64,000 bases of DNA, from NCBI GenBank assembly GCA_964035545.1, contig OZ037770.1, forward strand, positions 6,768,729 through 6,832,728, given 5' to 3'. The DNA comes from Bugula neritina. Its lineage: Eukaryota; Animalia; Bryozoa. Position 1 is the stretch's first letter. The number at the start of each line of letters is the position of its first letter. Below the pieces are notes generated by a model, which worked only from the letters and a program-made list of their open reading frames with translations, was not told where the DNA came from and did no database searches. Made by a program: the position numbers and the translations under genes. Shown here one piece after another: positions 39,407-53,600 of the stretch.

Positions 39407-41190
39407 CCATTGACAGGAACCTTTACTTCGTCTAGCTGCCTTGCTTCTGCACTCGTCATAACTCCTCCATTTTCAATGGCCATTAAAACTTTTGCTACCT
39501 TCGTTCTTTCAATCAAATTAGATTGGAGCTTATATATACCGAAGTGTGTATATTCATTGAGTGGCCCAGATGATCAGCCATTATCTCTCGTTGATTCTTG
39601 TCAAGATTTTTGGTCTAAAATTAAAATATTTTGGTATTAAGCTGCAATACAACAAAGGTCCATTTCGCAAAATTTATTAGAGAATTAGATGCATAAGAAT
39701 TAGCGGCAAGCTCATAAAAAGTTACTTTACAATATATTGATTTGGCTGTATTATATAATCTGTTACTTTAATGTACTAATCTGTTTGTGGTTTTTGCTAA
39801 TGTGAAAGATATAAATGAAAACGAAACTAGATAACCAACCTGACACATTGTTGCCAGGAAATTTCTAAACTTTTACGCATGCAAAAGTTCCGGGCGCTCA
39901 AGTCCTGGACAGCCGCCCACAACTTCCTTTACTACTGCTGCACCAGAAGGGAGCCGGGCTGAGTATTGGCTACAGCTAAAAGAGAAGTTTTTTTATAAAA
40001 GTTAGGAAATGAGGACAACAATTTTTAAGAAATAGCATGTTAGAATATGTACATCATGTAAGGTGTAGACACTATGTATTTGAGGATTTATAACTTACTA
40101 ACAAGCTTAAAAACTATATAGTGCTTTAGAAGCAATAAACTTACATTCCTCCTGTTGCATTTATAGAAATGCAAAATAAATTCGAAACAAAAATGTTCAT
40201 TTAGGTCTATACATTTAAAATTATTTTTATCTCAATATAAAAGTGGTGATAATTCTTAATTGTGTTACCTTTTAAACAGAAATTGACGGTTTAAGCTAGA
40301 TAGTTGCTTAAGTGGGCTAATCAAGAACTCAGGGATCAAAATGAATACTTTCTGTAGAGGCCCTGTCGACTTCCCTCTAACATCTATTACTTTCATGCTA
40401 GAACAATTGCAATTTCAAAATTAAAGTTTTACAGTTTGCAGACGTTATTGCTAACAATAATTTAAAATCAGTCAACAAATTTGTAAATAGATACTAACCT
40501 TGTAGCATTGGTTTTGCTGATTTGCTGATGATCTTCTTGGGTCTTTTCTAGCTCTTCAGTGAAGTTTGCTGTTGTCAGCCCTGAAACTTCCATAGGCCTT
40601 CTTTTGTTGAACAAAATTAGATACGTGAGACAGAGCTTTGCTATTTCGGATGGTGCAAGGCTCAGAAAACCCAGTAACTTCTTTTTTTAAGAAGTTTGTT
40701 ATGTAATACAAGTCTCTGTCTAAAGGAAGTTCTTGAGGCTTATTCAATGTTTTCAATTTTTGCCTCTTTGACGAAATTGCTGCCACATAATTGATCCACT
40801 TTTGCTTCATGTGCCACATAAAGTCATCACAGTCTTCTTTCATTTGTGAATCCTTTGCTTTCATAGCAAATGATCGTTTTATGATGTTGAGCTGCTTCAA
40901 GTACCCACCCATTGATAACCCAATTTGCGTATTGTTTTTAGACATTTCCCTTGCAGCACAAAGTAGATGATCAAAGTGTTTACAATCTAAACATTTATGA
41001 TATATAGTATTAACCCTGGAGCGATTTTGAACATTGGTAAACAACCTCCCACGAATCTAAGCTTCCCTCTGACAAGGTTGATTTCTGCTGTACTCGGCCG
41101 TCTCAATGTCTTGTTGCCCATCCTTATTAGCAAGCCCTTTCCTAGCTCTGGCATGAGAGGATCAGTTGTTATGATTTTGTACAGCCCTAC
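39407..41190 (-). pseudogene. Decayed intron-containing tyrosine recombinase (Crypton-like DNA element)
   Basis: Spliced fragments TDPLMPELGKGLL...VRGKLRFVG, KQKWINYVAAISSKRQKLKTLNKPQELPLDRDL, LILFNKRRPMEV, DVRGKS, LHA*KFRNFLATMCQ, MADHLGHSMNIHTSVY, KLQSNLIERTKVAKVLMAIENG give the R...K...R...H...Y order of tyrosine recombinases. There is an in-frame stop (~39873) and several frameshifts. Confidence 0.75.
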
Positions 41191-41353
41191 ATTAAATGAA
41201 AAAATTGTATTACAATGTGAGCAGCAATTGCTTAAATTAATAAATAAAGTTTAAGCACCCGTTTGATTGAACGCCATATAATACAATTATTGCCATTTTT
41301 TGCACAATAAATAAACTCTAGCAGTATTAGGGGGCCATAGTACAAACATTTTA

Positions 41354-41459
<106 letters not shown>

Positions 41460-43285
41460 TGAGTGTTCACTGTACTTAGTATTCACTGTACTTAGTACTC
41501 ACTCTACTTAGTATTCACTGTACTTAGTCGACTCACTTTGATTCAGGTTTATCTCCCCTACTCTGCACCAAGCTACCAGTAGCTGATATTGTAAAACAGC
41601 TGAATCATGGGGAGGATGTCACTAAAACAAGAAATAATATTTCACAAACGACATTAACTAAAGCAAGTAAGTTGATGCATGTTATTATGTAATTAGTTGT
41701 GTGCACATCAAACAGCTTTGTCTACTTACAGTGGACCAAATTAACAGCCAACCCCTCTCCACCCCTGTACCCCTCTCCACCCCTCACCACCCCTCTCTAC
41801 CCCTCTCCACCCCTCTCCACCCCTCACCACATAATAGTAAGGTGTTGGCTTGTAGCCCTAATCAAATCATTCTACTGAATTGTCACAGGTACAACAAAGT
41901 TATTAGAGAATAAAAGCAAACTCAGTTTTCCTGACTACAGAAGAAAGAAAGCATATAGAGCCCAAGCATTAGCAGATGGCAGACAACATTTGCCACCACC
42001 TGTAGTTGGTGTCAGTCACTGTGACACCAGATCACAGCGGTCATGTGACCTGCTGGCACTATCAACAATTGGTGTGAAAAGAGAAACAGAAGGCAAGCAA
42101 CTGTCTTTAGCAGGCAAGATAATTTTGGAGAAAGATGACAACTCTAGAAGCTCAAATCGTGATAAATGGTCATGTAAGACATCTGGTGTATTATTTATAT
42201 TTCAATGTTATAAAAATTGGAATAAACCCAATGCTAACCATGCAGGTGACCAGGCAACATATGATTCATTGTTAGCTCAAATTGACAAACAATTAGAAAA
42301 TTTAGACTGTAGAAGGCAAAATTACAAGTTAAGTGATTTGTACTAGCTAGGTGTATTCACTAACTCTAACAATGTGTTACACATCTTATATTATATGGGA
42401 ACATAACTCTGTGCTTTGGTGTAACTAGGTAATGTGTTTCCTAGGTTACAAGAGAAATATCAACACTAAGAACATTCCAGCTCACGTGTGCACCAACTAC
42501 AACCCAGTTGTGATCTGTACAGAAGAGCACATCATAGATGTGACAACTCCGAGATTAGATACCCCGGTGTGCACTACAACAAAAACAGGCTCAGTTGAAT
42601 GGCAGCAGGTAGACATTCAACAACAGATTGGTCTGTAAAATTCTAGAGGTTCTAGTATGCTACAATGCAGCTGAATTAAAAAGCTGCGACTCCCTACTTC
42701 ATTGAAACATGTATGACTGTCTTGGGGCAACTGCAAACAGCAGACACTATTGAATAAATTGCAAATAGCTGCTACTATTGTCATTGCAGAGATAGTGAAG
42801 GGTGAAGGTACATTGTATTTTATAATAGTGCCTCAACTCACATGTATATCGCTTAATAAAGTTAATATTGTTAGAAATAATTTGGTGAGATGTCACCATT
42901 CAATACTTCAAAAACACTTACTGCTAAGGTTAGAAGCAAAAAAGCTATTCCTAGCAAAATCCGAGTGATCATGAATGGGATTGTGACCGAGGAGGTTAGC
43001 TGCCCACCAAGTTAAACAGTTTATCCTAAGTGGATGTTAGAAATGGGCTAATAAAACTCCAGCTGAAAAATTAGCAGATTTTTATTCTCGCTTTTAGGTA
43101 AAAATGGCAAATGCTAAATTTTCCCAATTACCTCAAATCCAAACCCCCATCCCAAACCCCAATATTGAAAATGTGCCATTTTTACCTACTTTGCCATTTG
43201 TGCCATTATTACCTGTGCTATTTTTACTGGTGCCATTTTTACCGGACACCGCTTATTCACAAATGCTCTCTTTGCATTGATTCTA

Positions 43286-44010
43286 TTCACTCTCACTACT
43301 TCTGACTCACTATCACTACATCTGACTCACTCTCACTACATCTGACTCACTATCACCACATCTGACTCACTTTCACTAGATCTGACTCACTCTCACCATA
43401 TCTGACTCACTCTCACTACATCTGACTCACTTTCACTACATCCGACTCACTCTCACTACATCTAACTCACTATCACTACATCTGACTCATTTTCACTAGA
43501 TCTGACTCACTCTCACTACATCTGACTCACTTTCACTAGATCTGACTCACTCTCACTACATCTAACTCACTCTCACTACATCTAACTCACTCTCACTACA
43601 TCTGACTCACTCTCACTACATCTGACTCACTATCACTACATCTAACTCACTCTCACATCTGACTCACTCTCACTACATCTGACTCACTATCACTACATCT
43701 GACTCACTCTCACTACATCTGACTCACTCTCACTACATCTAACTCACTCTCACTACATCTGACTCACTCTCACTACATCTGACTCACTCTCACTACATCT
43801 GACTCACTTTCACTACATCTAACTCACTCTCACTACATCTAACTCACTCTCACTACATCTGACTCACTCTCACTACATCTGACTCACTTTCACTACATCT
43901 AACTCACTCTCACTACATCTAACTCACTCTCACTACATCTGACTCACTATCACTACATCTGACTCACTCTCACTACATCTGACTCACTCTCACTACATCT
44001 GGCTCACTCT
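43286..44010. repeat. 20-nt minisatellite x ~35, intergenic
   Basis: Unit TCTGACTCACTCTCACTACA. Confidence 0.95.
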
Positions 44011-47000
44011 AGCCACTTCCACCACATTTGAGTCAGACTCTAACAACGTTTGAGACACTTTCACTATATCAGGGATACTCTCTAACCATATTTATTTAAG
44101 TTGCTTTACTTTTATCTCGTGCAGCAGGTTTTAACATCCCTTAAAGGCACCAAGCTCAAGTGTGACTATCTCAAGAGGTCAGAACACTGCAAGCAACTAG
44201 TTGGGTTAGACTACAGCCAATACCCACAGAGGAACAGAAGAAGTGCCACCAGAAGACCAAGGCCACCAGGGGTGAAGGACAAACACCAGACATGGATGCT
44301 AGGACATGACGCAGTACATGCCATGCACGGCTTCTTCAAGTGAGCTGATAAAACCTCTAAATACAAACATAATGATTTGTCATAGTAGCCATTTCTGTAT
44401 GTACACATTTTAAAATATGATAACTCACGTAGGTTTTGATAACGGCTTTCATCCTATAATGTGGTATACCCTCAATACAGTGTAATATTCCACAGCGTAG
44501 GGTATAGTAACACATGGTATAGGCCATAGGGTATAGTAACACATGGTATAGGCCATAGGGTATAGCAACACATAACATACGGCATAGTAATATACAGCAT
44601 AAGGCATAGTAACACATAGTATAGTGTATAGTAATATATAACATAGCACACGATATAGTAACTTTTAGCACAGGGTATAGCAATATATAGCATAGGGTAT
44701 AGTAACTTTTAGCACAGGGTATAGCAATATATAGCATAGGGTATAGTAACATTTAGCATAGGGTATAGTAACATAAACCAATGCTGTAGATTAGTAAATG
44801 AGGCTCAGTTCTTTCCGGAAAGTCACTACAAAGCGGGGCTTTTATGTCCCATTGTGATGTCATCCAACACCAACAGTGTGCAGAGACTGATACGGATTAG
44901 AAACCACAACATAGCTAAATCAGAGCGAGCAAGAGCTCTAAGCTTGGCAACTGAGACTGTGATAGACATCAATGTGAGGAGATGGAAAGAAGCAGCAGCC
45001 TGTGCATCCAGCTACTACAGGGTATGTGAACAGCCGGGATCAAACCAGTGAACTAGCATACACTAGTTTGAATCCCGGCATGATTATTGGTAAAGAGCAT
45101 CTAATCATAATTGCCCTTGTATCACAGCATACACAGTCTTTACTCTACTTAAATAAACTCTTAGGCTAGGGCCACATATACTGCTAGCGACTACTTAGCA
45201 CAATTCCTGAACGAGGTAGTTTTGGGTGAATTTTATAAGAGAAAATTAATGAGCAAATTATACTCAATCTAGCCTTATCTTCATCATGAAGGGTTCTCCC
45301 AAGGATGAAGGTTTTTAGCAGCATATATTGCTGCCAATTTTCTACTCTCATTGCGTTTCCATTGCTTCACATTATACAAATAAATATTTTATTTGATGTT
45401 TAAGAACAGTTGCATAAAATGAATCCAAATCCAAACCCGTACTTATACTAACAACCATATGGGTCTATTTGAAGCAATGGAAATACAGAGTATGAGGGTT
45501 AAGTTTGTTACCAGTCAATATTAAAAAGAGTATTACCCGTATTATCTGTGAACACTACACACCCATATTAACTGTGTGTTTATTATAAAAACTATAAAAC
45601 CGAAGTTAAATTACCAAAAATTTAAAATAAATGGAGGTAGAAATATTTTCAAAGAAATATTTAAGAGTTATCTCTCTTGATATATAAACATGCAACTAAT
45701 GGCACAGTGTGAGGCTAGACAGAATCAGAGATGCTGGATAATTTAGTCTAAATAGTCAGTTCACATTTTGTGGTGAGAAATCCATAGTAAACCATCTATT
45801 CCAGAAATTATAAACTGAAAAAACTGAGTAAAATTCAGAGAAAAAAGAAAGCCAATGCAATTTAATTTTTCAGGAAAAATTTTGGGGTCATCCAGCTCTG
45901 GCAGAAGTTGCTGAAAGAGTAGTCATAAACCTAAAGAGGCAACGAAGACGAAGTTCTATGGCTGCAGTAGCTACGCTGATACTACAGCTACTGAGATGGA
46001 AGAAAAGAAGCTCGCTGAATTCCGGGGAGAAGACATCTAACAGGTATGTAGTATGTACTGGGTGTAAGGAGAAGAAACTTGCATTCAGTTGTTAGTATTT
46101 ATATCCATGAGTAATAAGCACATTGGTTGTGTATTCTTATAACTGCACCACTTTTTAGCCACAGCTGTGAATTAGTTATAAAGTTGTGTAATAATATGGC
46201 TGTTTATTATTAGTAGTAGTATTGTATGCATTACATGTACCTATGCACTGAAGTACATAGTTTTATAGGCTTGCATTACAGATAATGAGTGAAACTTCTA
46301 ATTGTTCTTGCAGTCGGTGATAGTTGTAATAGATACACAATAGTTGTAGGTGGACGGAGCTTTTAATTTTGATATACTTTTTTTCAAAACAAATTTAATA
46401 AAATAATTCCAAACCAGTTGCTTACCAAGTTGTATGCTACTCAACATGGCTACTTAGCAACAAGATTACTAGACAACACAGTTGCTAGGTAACAGTCACT
46501 AAGTAACATGGTAACATGGTTGTGGAGCAATCATCAATTCAAGCTCAAACTGACGCCTGTGGCTTAAGGGCACCTGGAAGTTGTGATCCCTTCTTCACCT
46601 GATTTTTGATTCACTTAGCAACAGTATAGCTACTTGGGCCATGAACAGCTCTACTAATCAATGCACGGTAGTAACCAAACACTGCAGCAATATTATCTTA
46701 TTATAGTAGCAGGCACAAGTCAAGGCTAATGAGACGACCTCAAGTGTCAACTGCTTCAGTTTTGCAGAAGGAAACAAGACAGACAGCCGAGAAAGACATA
46801 ACGCAGATGCAGAGTATTAGAAACATCTAATTGAACTAGTATAAAGGCCAGACAGTGCTAACTAGCTCAGGGAGAGCTTATCTGTTCAATGAGCAACACT
46901 TGAATCAGTTAGACTTCAAAAATATGTTTTTATATCATACTTTGAGATTATAATGGTGTGGCATCTGTAAAGAAAGACCAGAGGGTTACCAAATTCTATT

Positions 47001-47649
47001 GTATTATTACTTCATTAGCAGGTACTTGGAATGAGTGAACATAGTGAGAACCGAGTTTCAATTCACTAAGTATTGCAGCATGCAAGGGGTGTGGTGTGTA
47101 GACTGCAGTGTATTGAGAACACTTGTGCAATATGGTTGGAAGTACAAGCAGGGTCATAACAGAGAGGATAGAGAAAAGGGGAGGCAGCAGGGGTATGACT
47201 AAGGAGTAAGGGGTAGACAACTACGGAGCAAATACGCTGTTGATTTGAAATAATTTTATTGTTATAAAATTAATAATTTGAAAACCTGCATGTCTGATGC
47301 ACATGATAATTATTATACTGTACAGCCATAGTCATACGAGAATATAAATACATGTAAATAAATGATCTAGGATACAGCTGCCAGAGATGAGTTAGGACAA
47401 CTCCAACAACAAAGACTACCAAGTAATACCATCATTATAGTAACACAAATATCAGATCATTATATTATAGAGTAGAATTTGGGAGAGAAGGCAAATAACA
47501 GAGGAACTAATAATATACATGTACATCAGACTAAGCAGTAGGCTATATTCCACTTATTATGTTATAGTCCATTGTGTGGCCCCAGACAACCTCTCATCAA
47601 CCAGATATATCAGCTGGGGTCAAGGTCACAGGGGCTGGTAGACTGCCCT

Positions 47650-50600
47650 TTACCGAGCAATGCCAAACTCTTTAGCATCATCTTGAGTGATGTCACCGTA
47701 CTCCCACAAGTTCAACTGCAAATATCACGAATCTAGAAATTACCTCAAAAATCATCACAAAGTTCTCAACACATTACAGTTGGTCTGGTGGGAGAAGGCG
47801 ACAAAAAGCAAACAGCAAGAGATAAAAAGGCAGGCAGGACAGATAGACAGCAATTGTCTTACCCTGGACTTTTTGGCAGAGTTTTGTGCTGCTCTGTATT
47901 CAGACATCAGTTTTTGTAATCGTCTTTCCCTGCGGCTCTCCACCAGTAAAAATCCTTTCTCCAGTAGTGAGAGGGCCACATCCCCTGTACCGTCCTCGTT
48001 GAGATAGAGAGAGACGGCGTCTGTGACTGAAACACCAGCAGAGAGATGCACATACCACTGACTCATGCCAACTACTGTGAGCAACACCCATGTTTACTGG
48101 ATCCAATACAATGGAGCCACATGCAGCTGAGTTGCTTGCGAAAAAACTTTTCATAAACAGCAGACGAGAGCTGTGTAGTGCAAACTTCATGCGATCAACA
48201 CGCTGAAAAAAAACTGAAATATTGTGATAGCATTTACAGGTATCAAATTAGCATGTTAGTTATTCCAATCAATTGCCTATTCTTGAGAGTGGTAGGAGTG
48301 ATTTAAGAATGAAAGAAGAGTAAAGCCTGCTACTACTGACAACATAGAAGGTGTGGCATGTAACTGCAGCAACAGGCTTTTATTTCATATAGTTCCACAT
48401 GTGGCTAAACAATCCTGAACAGTGTAACCACTGAGATCTAGAACATGAGATCTAGAGTAGAAACTCACCTCCTGCAGTACCTCTACTTTCCACATTCATG
48501 TAGAGAGTTTTGTTGCTGACACTGTGATAGAATTCATTGAGTGCATCTACGATATAATCTTCCTGCAAAAGACAACTACAGTATATACTACACATAACTA
48601 CAGTATATAATACACACAACTACAGTATATAATACACACAACTACAGTATATAATACACATAACTACAGTATATACTACACATAACTACAGTATATAATA
48701 CACGTAACTACAGTATATATTATAAGTAAGTCATCTCAACAACACACTATTATAGAGATATTGGCAGCTACTCCATAAAAACTACGATATGAGTTACTGC
48801 ACACTGAGCACCGGTAGTGACTAATAGTAACTGTGTACTGCTAGTGACTAGTAGTAACTGTGTATTGCTAGTGACTAGTAGTAACTGTGCACTAGTAGTC
48901 ACTAATAGTAACTGTGTACTGGCAGTCACTAGCAGTAAATGTGTACTAGTAGTCACTAGTGGTATGAGATAGTGAACAAATAAATGCTTACATCTGACGC
49001 CAGCTGCACAAATGCCAGTCGATACTCCTTAGCCTGAGCTGGCAGACTGACAAATGAGCCGGGTAAGGGGGCGGTCTTCAGAACGGGCACAGTGTCTCTG
49101 TTCCCAAAGTCTACATATAGGACCGTTACTTTGCCATCTTTGTCAACCTGTTAATAGAAAAGTTAGTGAATGCTTGCCTAATAGAGAGCGTGCTGTTGGG
49201 ACACAGTATGTCAATACATACCAGCACTACTTGTAAATACAACATGTCAATACATACCAGCACTACTTGTCAATACTAGATGTCAATATATACCAGCACT
49301 ACTTGTCAATACAACATGTCAATACATACCAGCACTACTTGTCAATACTAGATGTCAATATATACCAGCACTACTTGTCAATACAACATGTCAATACATA
49401 CCAGCACTACTTGTCAATACTAGATGTCAATATATGGCAGCACTACTTGTCAATACTAGATGTCAATACATACCAGCACTACTTGTCAATACTAGATGTC
49501 AATATATACCAGCACTACTTGTCAATACTAGATGTCAATATATACCAGCACTACATGTCAATACAGATCGAGTAGCTGTTCTAAGACTACTGTGGCTTGT
49601 AACTTTCAGTGTTATTTTTACCAATTAAAGCCAAGTAAATTATAACAGCTGGACAATTGCCACAGAATGAGAAACTGATGGGAGTGAGATAAGCAGACTT
49701 GTAATAGAAGACAAAGAGGAAGTGGGGAAGAGAGGATGGAGGAAGGCAGAGGAAGTGGGGAGGAGAGGATGGAGGAAGGCAGAGGATGGGGGCAGAGAAG
49801 ATGGAAGAAGGCAGAGGATGGGGGCAGAGTGGATGGAGAAAGGCAGAGGATGGGGGCAGAGTGGATGGAGGAAGGCAGAGGATGGGGGCAGAGTGGATGG
49901 AGGAAGGCAGAGGATGGGGGCAAAGTGGATGGAGAAAGGCAGAAGATGGGGGCAGAAAGGATGGAGGAAGGCAGAAGATGGGGGCAGAGAGGATGGAGGT
50001 CTCACCTTCTCCACACGAGCTCTGTACCACAGCTCATCCACAAACTTGGCAGCACACAGATCACCCTTCTTAGGAGTGTAAGCACCAGGCAGCGGTGGGT
50101 TCGTGTGCATCTCTGCCCTCATTTCTGCCATAAAAGCTTCCAACTTTTTACCTAAAATATTGGTACGTAATCGGCACATTAGAGAGATAGCAGGAAATAG
50201 CTCTGTTGTAGTACTCCAATACTTGAGCCCATTATATCCACATCTAATCAACCAAGAAATCAGCCGTGGTCTACGGGTTAGAGCGTTTGCCTAGAAAGCA
50301 CGAAGTCATAGGTTCGAGGCCCAAAAAAGGTCATTGGTGATGTTAGGAAGAGCATCCAGTCATAATTGCTCCTGTGCCCTATCTAAATAAGTCCTTAGCC
50401 CGATTTAACAAAATAACCTTTACACTAGGGGTTCTCACAGGGATGGCAACTATAAATTCTTGTGAGTTTTTTTTTAACAAACCAAGAACATGTGATGGTA
50501 GATGTGTAGTACACAGGCAAATCATTTACCATTTTCTACTTTTTGAGCAGCAAATGTGAGGTCGGTTTCACTAATATCAGTGACAACTATGTGCTCCAGC

Positions 50601-53600
50601 TTCCTGTGCCTCTCTGTCTGTGTGTCTTCTATCTCCTGGACAGCATCCTACAAGCAGATAACCTCATGCCAATATAACAACGTACTTTATATAGAAACAG
50701 AATAAAGTACAACATAATAATGCGTGTAGACTAAACACAGTCCAATATAATAATGAGTGTAGACTGAACACAGTCCAATATAATAATGAGTGTAGACTGA
50801 ACACAGTCCAACATAATAATGAGTGTAGACTGAACACAGTCCAACATAAACAGGATGTAGAACTGACCTTGATTTCCTCCACATAGGACTTCCATAGACC
50901 AAGCTTGGACTGTTTGGCAGCTGCCTCTGCAGTTTCAAGTTGTCTCTGGTATGGTGAGCCCTCGGCTGTGTAGAACAGCTTGGCCAGTCCATTCTCCACC
51001 AGAGAGACGGACATGTTTACTCCATCAATAAACAGCCAGCCAATGAAGTTACCCGCCTTGTCCATGGAGTCCACCTGGTGGGAAACAGCAGAGGGTATTA
51101 AGCACAGACAGACTTGGCCAACAGTACAGCTGGGAGGGACTGTCAGTTTATACTGAAAGGTGTAACTAACACAATTCACAGAATATCCCTCAACACCATA
51201 GTAACAACACAGCTGGCTGTAGACTGAGTTTCCTCATCAAAGACTCACACAACCACCTGTAGAGTCCGCAATACGTACCTTAATCTCAACTTCCCGCTGC
51301 ATGCACATGTCCCTGGTGTGAGCCGTAGCCTCCTCTCCAAACGGCTCGGCGGGCAACATAGCACCACCCGGCCCGGGAGCCGGCCGTGCACCTCTGGGAC
51401 ACTGGATGCCATTAAGGAGGAGAGTGAGCAGACACGTCTCCTTAGGAATGTACACTCTGACTCTAGATCCTGAGGCTACAAACTCTACAAGGGCATCTAC
51501 GAGGTTCTGGCGGGTGAGGAACGGCAGAAACTGTTTGGCTTTGGCAGACTCGCCTGATGTCATATCCTGTATCCTGTGTATCGGTGCTTCCTGTGTGAGA
51601 TGAATAAATGCATTACAATCAACTGTTCAACTCTACATGACACAGACAGCTACACAGACAGATACAGAGATGGTAACTGAAGAGAGATACGGAATAAGAG
51701 CATAACCTACTTTGTTACTGTGTAATCCAACCAGCTTCTTCTGGGCCCTAGCCTCAGCACTAAGTAAACTATCGTAGCATGAGGACCTCTGATCATCATC
51801 CTGTCTGTATCGGATGACCGTAGCCAATCCCTTACTAACCAAGGCTTCTGCCACATTACTACAACAAACATTGCCTTGTCAGAGTTATGCCCCCTCCCCA
51901 CTACAGCTGAAGTGAACCTTCATTGCTGCTATTAAGCAATACGTCTATCAACCTAATATGTCATATCCGTGTTCTAGCCGTCCACACCACAAGTGGTCAA
52001 CATAGAACTATGTTACTATGCTACACAGCAGTTGCTTAGGATTCAATCTTTCTAATTAATAAAGATGCAATTTCAAATTTTTTGCCCTACACATAATAAA
52101 AAGCCAAATTTACTAAAATAATTCAACAAGATTGATGACTGTGACATAACATGCTATTTGGGGTTAGTACAGTTCAACTGAATCAAATCAAAACCTTCAG
52201 CCAATCAGCACTCAACAACTGATGGAATTGTTTTTCATATACAAAACAGAATGCTGCCGTATAAAATAAGATAGCTGTGAGGCCAAACTTTCAGCTGTGT
52301 GATCACAGAAACACTTTTCAACCACTACCTCACCTGTTACTATCAACTCACCTGTTACTATCAACTCACCTGTTACTATCAACTCACCTGTTACTATCAA
52401 CTCACCTGTTACTATCAACTCACCTGTTACTACCAACTCACCTGTTACTGATGTTGACTGTACAGCACACTTTCTCTGGGAAGTTATTGGCGGCAGGCTG
52501 CACGTAATCAACTTTGACGCTGACTCGTTTACCAATCAACTTTTTCCGTAGGAATTCTCTTGCCTCAAACATGTAGGGTACATCGTAGAGTGGACGAGGC
52601 CTGTAGATCAGCAAGTGGGCGTGTCATAACAGAAGAGGGTGTTAGTATACCATGTAGTAGTCTACACTGCCCTTCACACTCACCTCTCTCGGATATTCCT
52701 CCTGGGGTCAGCGGCAGCTTCCCCGTTAGCTTGCTGCGTGGCACGAGGAGGCCGAATGCTGGATAAAAAGATCTTTCTGGTTTCTCCACCTACTTTGATG
52801 ACCAAACCGTCTGCTCCAGTAACTTCCACCACCTGCAGTAAGCAATCTTGGAGTGTTAATACAGTCACAGTGAGTCATATAAAGCATGTAAGTGTTGGTT
52901 TACCAGTTACTAATTGGACTGTAGAGATGAGAACTGATTATACCTTGCCAGTGTACTCTTTCTCTGTGATGGAACCCATGGAAAGGGTGGAGGCTGAGGG
53001 TGTCCAATCTTTCCAGATTCTCAGTCTTTTTTCTTTGGCCAATTTCTCGGCGACTCTCAGTTTTTCTACTCCTTGAGTCACGACTCCAATGGACCAATCC
53101 ACACATCGAGCAAAGCCTTCTTTGAGTAGCATCTCCGTGATATTGCCATTCTATGTATAATATCGTGATATTACTATTGTGTATATAATATCGTGATATT
53201 ACTATTGTGTATATAATATCACAATGGTTAATTTTTTACACATAAGTAAAGTTTCTTCCGCACTGTGTATGCATGAGTATACCATGATTTTCTACAAATT
53301 ACTCAATCAGTGATAGGTAAATAATGATAGAATTATTGTCAGAAGAATGATATTTAAAAGAAATAATAACTACATGTTGATATGGAAACCAATAAACTAC
53401 TCTGAATTGTTACCGGATTGCAATGGACACGAGAACATAACTTCCCAGTTTTAGACACAGCATTGATTATAACAGAGAGAATATAACAGAGAGAGAGTAT
53501 ATAACAGAGAGAGAGTATATAACAGAGAGTATATAACAGAGAGAGTATATAACAGAGAGTATATAACAGAGAGTATATAACAGAGAGAGTATATAACAGA

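Noticed and set aside
41990-42968. Short plus-strand ORFs as a transposase remnant
   Set aside because: No motif I could identify with confidence.
50261-50335. tRNA gene
   Set aside because: A and B boxes are present but there is no complete cloverleaf, and the sequence continues into a body shared by several diverged copies, so it is a SINE.
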